Shown: positions 58,407 to 64,000 of the stretch, piece by piece | Numbering within the stretch: position 1 is the stretch's first letter | How the letters are laid out: every line of letters begins with the position of its first letter | Assembly (NCBI RefSeq): GCF_000002075.1 | Contig: NW_004798040.1 | Coordinates: 67,541 to 131,540, forward strand | From: Aplysia californica | Taxonomy: Eukaryota | DNA: 64,000 bases | Direction: 5' to 3' | Notes under the pieces: generated by a model | Databases searched by the model: none | Told to the model about the DNA's origin: nothing | Seen by the model: only the letters and a program-made list of their open reading frames with translations | Position numbers and translations under genes: made by a program

Positions 58407-60555
58407 GTAGAATGGTAGTGGAGTTGGCTGAAGCTGATGGTATATTTCTGGTGTTGGTGGTGGGGTATGCTGCCTTCTTCTGCTGCCTGATGAGTGGCTG
58501 AGTGAGTGAGTGAGTGCGTGTGAATGAGTGACGGAGGGAGGGAGGAGTGAGTGTGTGATGTGTGTACCTCACACCAGAGGGGGCAGCCACAGGCCAGCTT
58601 GCGAGACAATAAGAGCCGAGTGTGGCCAGGTTTTGGCTTGGCAGGTCCCTTTGCAAGGACTGGGTAGTATCAATATGGAAAAACCTAAACAACAAAATGA
58701 TACTAACCAGGGGTATTTGCAGTCGAGGACAAATAACCTGCCCTTCACACAAAAACAACAGGGGGGGGGGGGAAGAAGTAGGGAACTATCAGTGGCACCC
58801 TCCAACCACCCGCTATATTGCATTGTGTGGACAGGGGTGGGGGCGGGGGAAGGGATGATGATGGTGGTGGTGGTGTTGCAGGGTGGAGTAGCTCGCTGCA
58901 GCCATGGAGCTGTCAGTAAGAAACACTGATAAGCTAACACAAACCACTGACTGAGCCAAACCCTATGCCGGCCAGCTAACAAACTAAAGGGCCCATCGGG
59001 GAGCTAATGAGGGGGGGGGGTCCACATGAGCAACAAAACAAAACAAAAAAACACCAACACCGACAAAACCAAAATGTTTAAAGGTCAAAGAGCACAGGCC
59101 AAACCAACAGCTCAACAAAAAAAAACAAAAAACAAACAAGGTAACGAATGGGGGTGGGGGAATGAGGTGAGGGGAAAAACCCGTAACCCCTGAACCAGAT
59201 TCCCAGTTGGTAGACTACTATTGCTGTGGTCGTCTCGTCCTGGGTTAGGGCTAAAGGGCCAGCCACCCGTTGAGCTGTCAGTTGCTACAACAAAAATCTA
59301 CATGGTTATTCTTCCTTGAACGAGGGAGGGAGGGAGAGAGCGACCGGAGGAACGAACACACAGAATAGAAACATGGAGGAGGAGAACAACAACACACTTC
59401 CAGAAAAAAACCAAACCGCAACACACAGTGAGACAGATACACATTAGAAAACGTGACACATATAGAGAGACAGGTATACACTAGAAAACATGACACACAG
59501 ACAGGTACACAGGAGGAAACATAAAATACTTATGTATTAACACAACACACAGTGAGACAGGTACACACTAGAAAAAATGACACATAGTAAGACAGGCACA
59601 CACTAGAAAAGTGACACAGACAGGTACACAGGAGGAAACTTGACTCATTTATCTGTTGACATGACACACAGTGAGACTGGGACACATTAGAAAATATGAC
59701 ACATGGAGAGAAAAAAGACACTCTAGGAACCATGACACACAGACAGGAACACGTTAGGGAAAACACGACACACTGTGAGATAGGAACACGCTAGAAACAT
59801 GGAAAAGGTCAACACACAGCTTGTAGAAAAGAGAAAGTGACACACGTATAGGTAAAAAAACACAACACACTGAACATGTCGACACGCTGAAAAGGACCCC
59901 CCCCCAACAACATGTCGTGACGCAGGTACACACACCAGAAATACACAACACTTTGAACAAGTCGCATCTTTATCACGTGATGACACAGCTACACACCAGG
60001 ACAAAAAAACAGAACACACAACAACAAAGAAAGGACCCTCATCACGTGACATAGTGATACATGAACATTTCAGAAAAAAAACGAAACACAATAACCTGTC
60101 AACACATTAAAAAAACAAAACAAACCCACCAACAATACAGGTGACACAGGTACACACAAAAAAACCAACAACCTCACAGCACACAACACGTCAACACACA
60201 ATAATTCCCTGTAAAGAACCCCCCCCCCAAACACATAATGACACACTGCACAAAGATACTCACGCAACAACACATCAACACACAACAAAACGATGTCAAG
60301 ATAACACGCCTCCACAACACATGGTGACACATGTAGACACCAGAAAAAAATAATAAAATTTATCAGCAATGAAGAAAATACCCCACAACAACACATAGTG
60401 ACGAAAGATACAACACACTTAACACATCAACACATAGCAACAAAGGAAACACGCCACCACAACACATAGTGACCAAAGTACACACACACTGGAAAGAAAG
60501 AAACAATACACTAGAGACACGCCACTGACGACACAAGCTGCCACGACCCTCTCAC

Positions 60556-63500
60556 CTTGGAGTTCCCCATCTTGCCCGACCTGGGCCCGCCATGCCTGCG
60601 GTTATTGCGGTGGGCCTCACGGTCACACTCCAAGTCCTCCAGCCTCTGGGTGAGCGCCAGTTTTTGCTGGATGGCCATACGCAGCAGGGAGTTGAGCGTC
60701 TTCTTCTCTTCCTCCGCAGCCGACAGCTGCCGCTGCATCTCGTCGAGCTGAGTCACGTACTCGTCACAGCGCTGGGCGAACATGGCGCGGAGCGAAGCGA
60801 AGGTCGCAGCGTCCTCCTTCAGGGATTTGAGTTCGTTCCTCAGTTTCATCATGGTTTCCGTGACGATGACCTTCTCGTTCTCGTACTTCTGCTTCAGGTT
60901 GGCCAGGGCCACCTCGGCCGTCGACTTGTTGGCCTTGAGGACGGAGCGCAGCGTGGCGATCTGTTCGCGCTTGGTGGACAGCATGGCCTTCAACTTGACC
61001 ACCTGAGGAAACGCAGGAAAGATGAGTTTTAGTTTTAGTAGAGATTTTACTGCGCTCGCAACTGCATAAGGTCATATGAGCGCCAAGGGGTGGATGTCAA
61101 CAGAGAAGTCCTTACAGGGAATCAGGCTTACTCTGCTCACCTCTCTAGCCTCAACAGCACAAAGTCTGCTTCGACTATCAAGGCACCCTGGAAATAGCTA
61201 GAGGTGGGCAAAATCCGGATAATCCAGAAGGATAACCCGATAACTCTCAATGAAACTTTATCCGAATTCAGACTCTTAACTCTCAGTCCTTACTCGTTCG
61301 CCAAAGTGGGTGCACCCATTTGTTGAAGTGGTTCTAACCCATTTGCCAAAGCGGTTCATATCATATTATTAGCCGAAGAGGTGCACTAAAATATTCGGAT
61401 TTTGCTGAAGAGACTCATTGCCCAGCTCTAGAAATAGCGGGTCACAAGAGAGTGACAAACATACAACAGAAGTAGAGGTAAATGATGATAGTAAGGATGA
61501 GGAAAGAAAAAGGAGCACTTCCCTGTTGCAGTTCAGGAATAGTTATCAGCATGGCATCGCTGAATCAGCCCATTTACAATTCTACAGTGCATAAGACCCA
61601 CTCCTGCATCTCCATGGGTGCGTCACCTGGCATGTTCCCTAACCCACCGACCCACATAATTGTTCCTGCAGCTCCTATGTTCAACACCCCCTCCCCTCAC
61701 AACCTACAAACAGGTTCCTACGGCTCTTGTGTCTCTCCACACACATACACACACACCCACCCCCCACACAATCCCCCAACCCACATACCTGTTCCTGCAG
61801 CTCCTGTGTCTCCTCGAGCGTATCCCCCGGCCCGTCCCCGCTCTGCTGCCACTGCTGGGACAACTCCATCAGGTGCTCGATGGCTCCGCGCAGGAACCGA
61901 ACCTGGGGACATACACAACACACCTGGTTTTAGTCAGAGTTTTATGGCACTTGCAACACTATAAGGTCATATAAGTGCCGAAGATTAAAAGTGTTACAAG
62001 AGAGTAACAAACACAAAAAAGAAGGAGAGATAAGGACGAAAGATGTTTGATAGGAAAGAAGGAACAAACCACACCAGAGCACCCGCCAACCACCCACGAA
62101 GTTTTGTCAAAGAGAAGCACATCAACACAATTGTTATTTATTACAAGGAAATAGACAGACAGACAGAAACAACATAGGGAAAGAAACAGAGGTACCAACA
62201 GGCTACCAAAAAAACCCGAACCTTTCAGTCAGACCTCGTGGAAACCATGCACAGAATCTTAAAATAAAAGAATCATATTGTTGTCTTCATGCTATATATT
62301 TTGTATTAGGACTATTTTCATATAAAGAGCAATAAGATAATTAAAAGAGGAAAATGAAATGTATCTGTACGTGTGTGTGAGTGTATGTGCGCCCGCATGA
62401 GTATGCGCATGAAGCCATAAACATTCCACGCAAGCACCCACCTGATCCACAATGGTGTTGGAGAGAGTGCCGCAGGAAGTGGGGTCCTGCTTGGCCTCCG
62501 ATGGCGGCAGCTGGCCAGACTTGGCCGCAGACTTTGGTGTGGAGCTGGACACGGGGGCTGGGGGGACGGAGCTGGACACTTCGCCCACCGTGCCCGACTG
62601 AAACCGACAAGAGAACGTCATCATCATCAATGATTTTCTCACCCCAGATCAGGATATTGGTCATGAACAAACAACTTTCCACACTTCCCTCCACCAAGAT
62701 AACCCGAGGTCTACATATCATATCTTATTTATCTTATCCCATCTTCTCCTACCCTAGTCATATCTTATTTATCTTATCCCATCTTCTCCTACCCTAGCTA
62801 CTTCATCGTACAGAGGTGATTCAGCACTAACCTGACCTCATGGTGTTTCAAACAGACTAGGAAAAAAATCTCAAACTTTTCAGAACCTGTGAAAATGCAC
62901 ACATGAGGACTCAAAGTTTACAGACCATACTTTCGAATTCAACTCGTATCAAGATTATTTTTTATATACAGTCTGGCATCCACAGAGCAAATATATTTTC
63001 AGGCCCAGAATTGTTTCCCATGCACGTACATTCTTTGTGTCTAAAACACATACACAGCGAACTTGGTACATAACAAAAACATTGCAAAGTCCCATTAATT
63101 TTGTTTTCAGCATGTTAAGACTGCATATGGTGCAATATCTGAATAATTTCAGAAATCCGAGATTTCTGGATTTATCAAGAAAATTGGCATCTCAGGTCGT
63201 ATCTGGTCTGAAATACAGTGCAGCCTCTCTATAACGACCTTCAATATAATGACATCCTCTGTATACCGACATGGAGCCCAGGTCCCGATTTTTTTTAAAC
63301 ATAGTAAATTATCATTAGTAATATTTTTGGTTGCCTCTCTATATCGACAACTCTCTATAACCACTTTTTTTTTTCTGGTCCCGACGATGTCGTTATAGAG
63401 AGGCTGAACTTTACCTTATTCTGTCTACCCCCCCCAACAAACACGTACCTGTGACCTGTCAGCGTCGCCGGCCGGGGACACGCCCGGTGGAGAACTCTCC

Positions 63501-63640
63501 TCGCTGGGCGGCCGGTCCTCGGGCCGCACCGACCCGCTCTTGGCGTGGTCCAGCATGACACGCGAGGGCGTGTCGCCCGTCACCTGACACACCAGGTGGT
63601 ACACTTGGGCCAGCTCCTCCGTGATGCGGGTCAGCTCGCC
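60556..63640 (-). CDS. BicD: Protein bicaudal D (dynein adaptor), partial: four internal coding exons; 5' part lies beyond the window and the terminal exon is uncertain
   Basis: Exons 63640-63449, 62597-62442, 61902-61789, 61002-60556, all phase 0 and GT-AG. Conserved CC3 [88 protein letters not shown] and [19 protein letters not shown]. Confidence 0.95.
61025..61515 (-). mobile_element. Family D retroposon interrupted by a hAT MITE; tail 22 nt upstream of BicD acceptor 61003
   Basis: Matches 17298-17545 on either side of the MITE. Confidence 0.82.
61199..61430. mobile_element. hAT-type MITE
   Basis: TIRs TAGAGGTGGGCAA / TTGCCCAGCTCTA; 8-bp TSD GAAATAGC (61191-61198 and 61431-61438). Confidence 0.9.
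61927..62205 (-). mobile_element. Family B followed directly by family A; tail 24 nt upstream of BicD acceptor 61903
   Basis: A at 61927-62097, B at about 62100-62205. Confidence 0.82.
63216..63411. mobile_element. pogo/Tigger-like MITE
   Basis: TA-CAGTGCAGCCTCTCTATAACGAC / GTCGTTATAGAGAGGCTGAACTT-TA. Confidence 0.85.
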
Positions 63641-63691
63641 CTGGAAAGTCAAAGGTCATAAGGTCATTTTTTTTTTCTTTCTCTGAGAAAG

Positions 63692-63871
63692 AGTTTAGTT
63701 TTAGTAAGAGTTTTACGACACTTGCAACACAATATGGTCTTACAAGTGTCGAAGAATAGAGGTGTTACAAGAGAGCAACATACACTAAAAAGAACGAGGA
63801 GAGATAAGGATGATAGATGTTTGATAGGAAGGAAGGAGAAAACCACACCAGAGCACCCACCAACCACCCAC
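63692..63871 (-). mobile_element. Family A copy with TSD, about 50 nt upstream of BicD acceptor 63641
   Basis: Gene-strand TSD TAAACTCTTWCTCAG overlapping the element tail. Confidence 0.85.
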
Positions 63872-64000
63872 TGAGTAAGAGTTTAAGACGAGAGAAACTT
63901 ATTGGAAAACTTGAACAGATGGGCGACATGGAAGCACCAGGATAATGCAGGATTTTTTTAAAAAGCATCTGAGTGGAGAAATGAATACAGAACTATGTTC

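Noticed and set aside
62716-62798. 42-bp perfect direct duplication as a regulatory element
   Set aside because: Simple two-copy intronic duplication with no further support.

Overview
Animal (not prokaryotic) genomic scaffold with assembly gaps. GC-rich codons, (CA)n/(GA)n-rich introns and the repeat content suggest a lophotrochozoan, probably a gastropod mollusc (inference). Five protein-coding loci are readable: (1) an intronless, ear-less AP-4 epsilon-like gene (+, 1960-4794, probable retrogene); (2) TRABD (-, 8 coding exons, 14501-22583); (3) NAA10/ARD1 (+, 7 coding exons, 27672-33930), head-to-head with TRABD; (4) a type I membrane LRR protein with a Thr-rich stalk and no TIR domain (+, 39337-43902); (5) the 3' half of Bicaudal D (-, continuing past the window end). 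Non-coding DNA holds pogo/Tigger-, hAT-, piggyBac- and Sola-type MITEs and many minisatellites. The most striking pattern is a set of short non-LTR retroposons (my families A, B, D and a LINE 3' fragment; roughly 40 copies or fragments). Inside genes they lie on the host sense strand in every case I could assign, and short-retroposon 3' tails sit about 12-65 nt upstream of roughly half of the identifiable 3' splice sites. A second pattern is minisatellites built from copies of real exon/intron junctions. All coordinates were derived by eye; repeat boundaries are approximate to about 10 nt.
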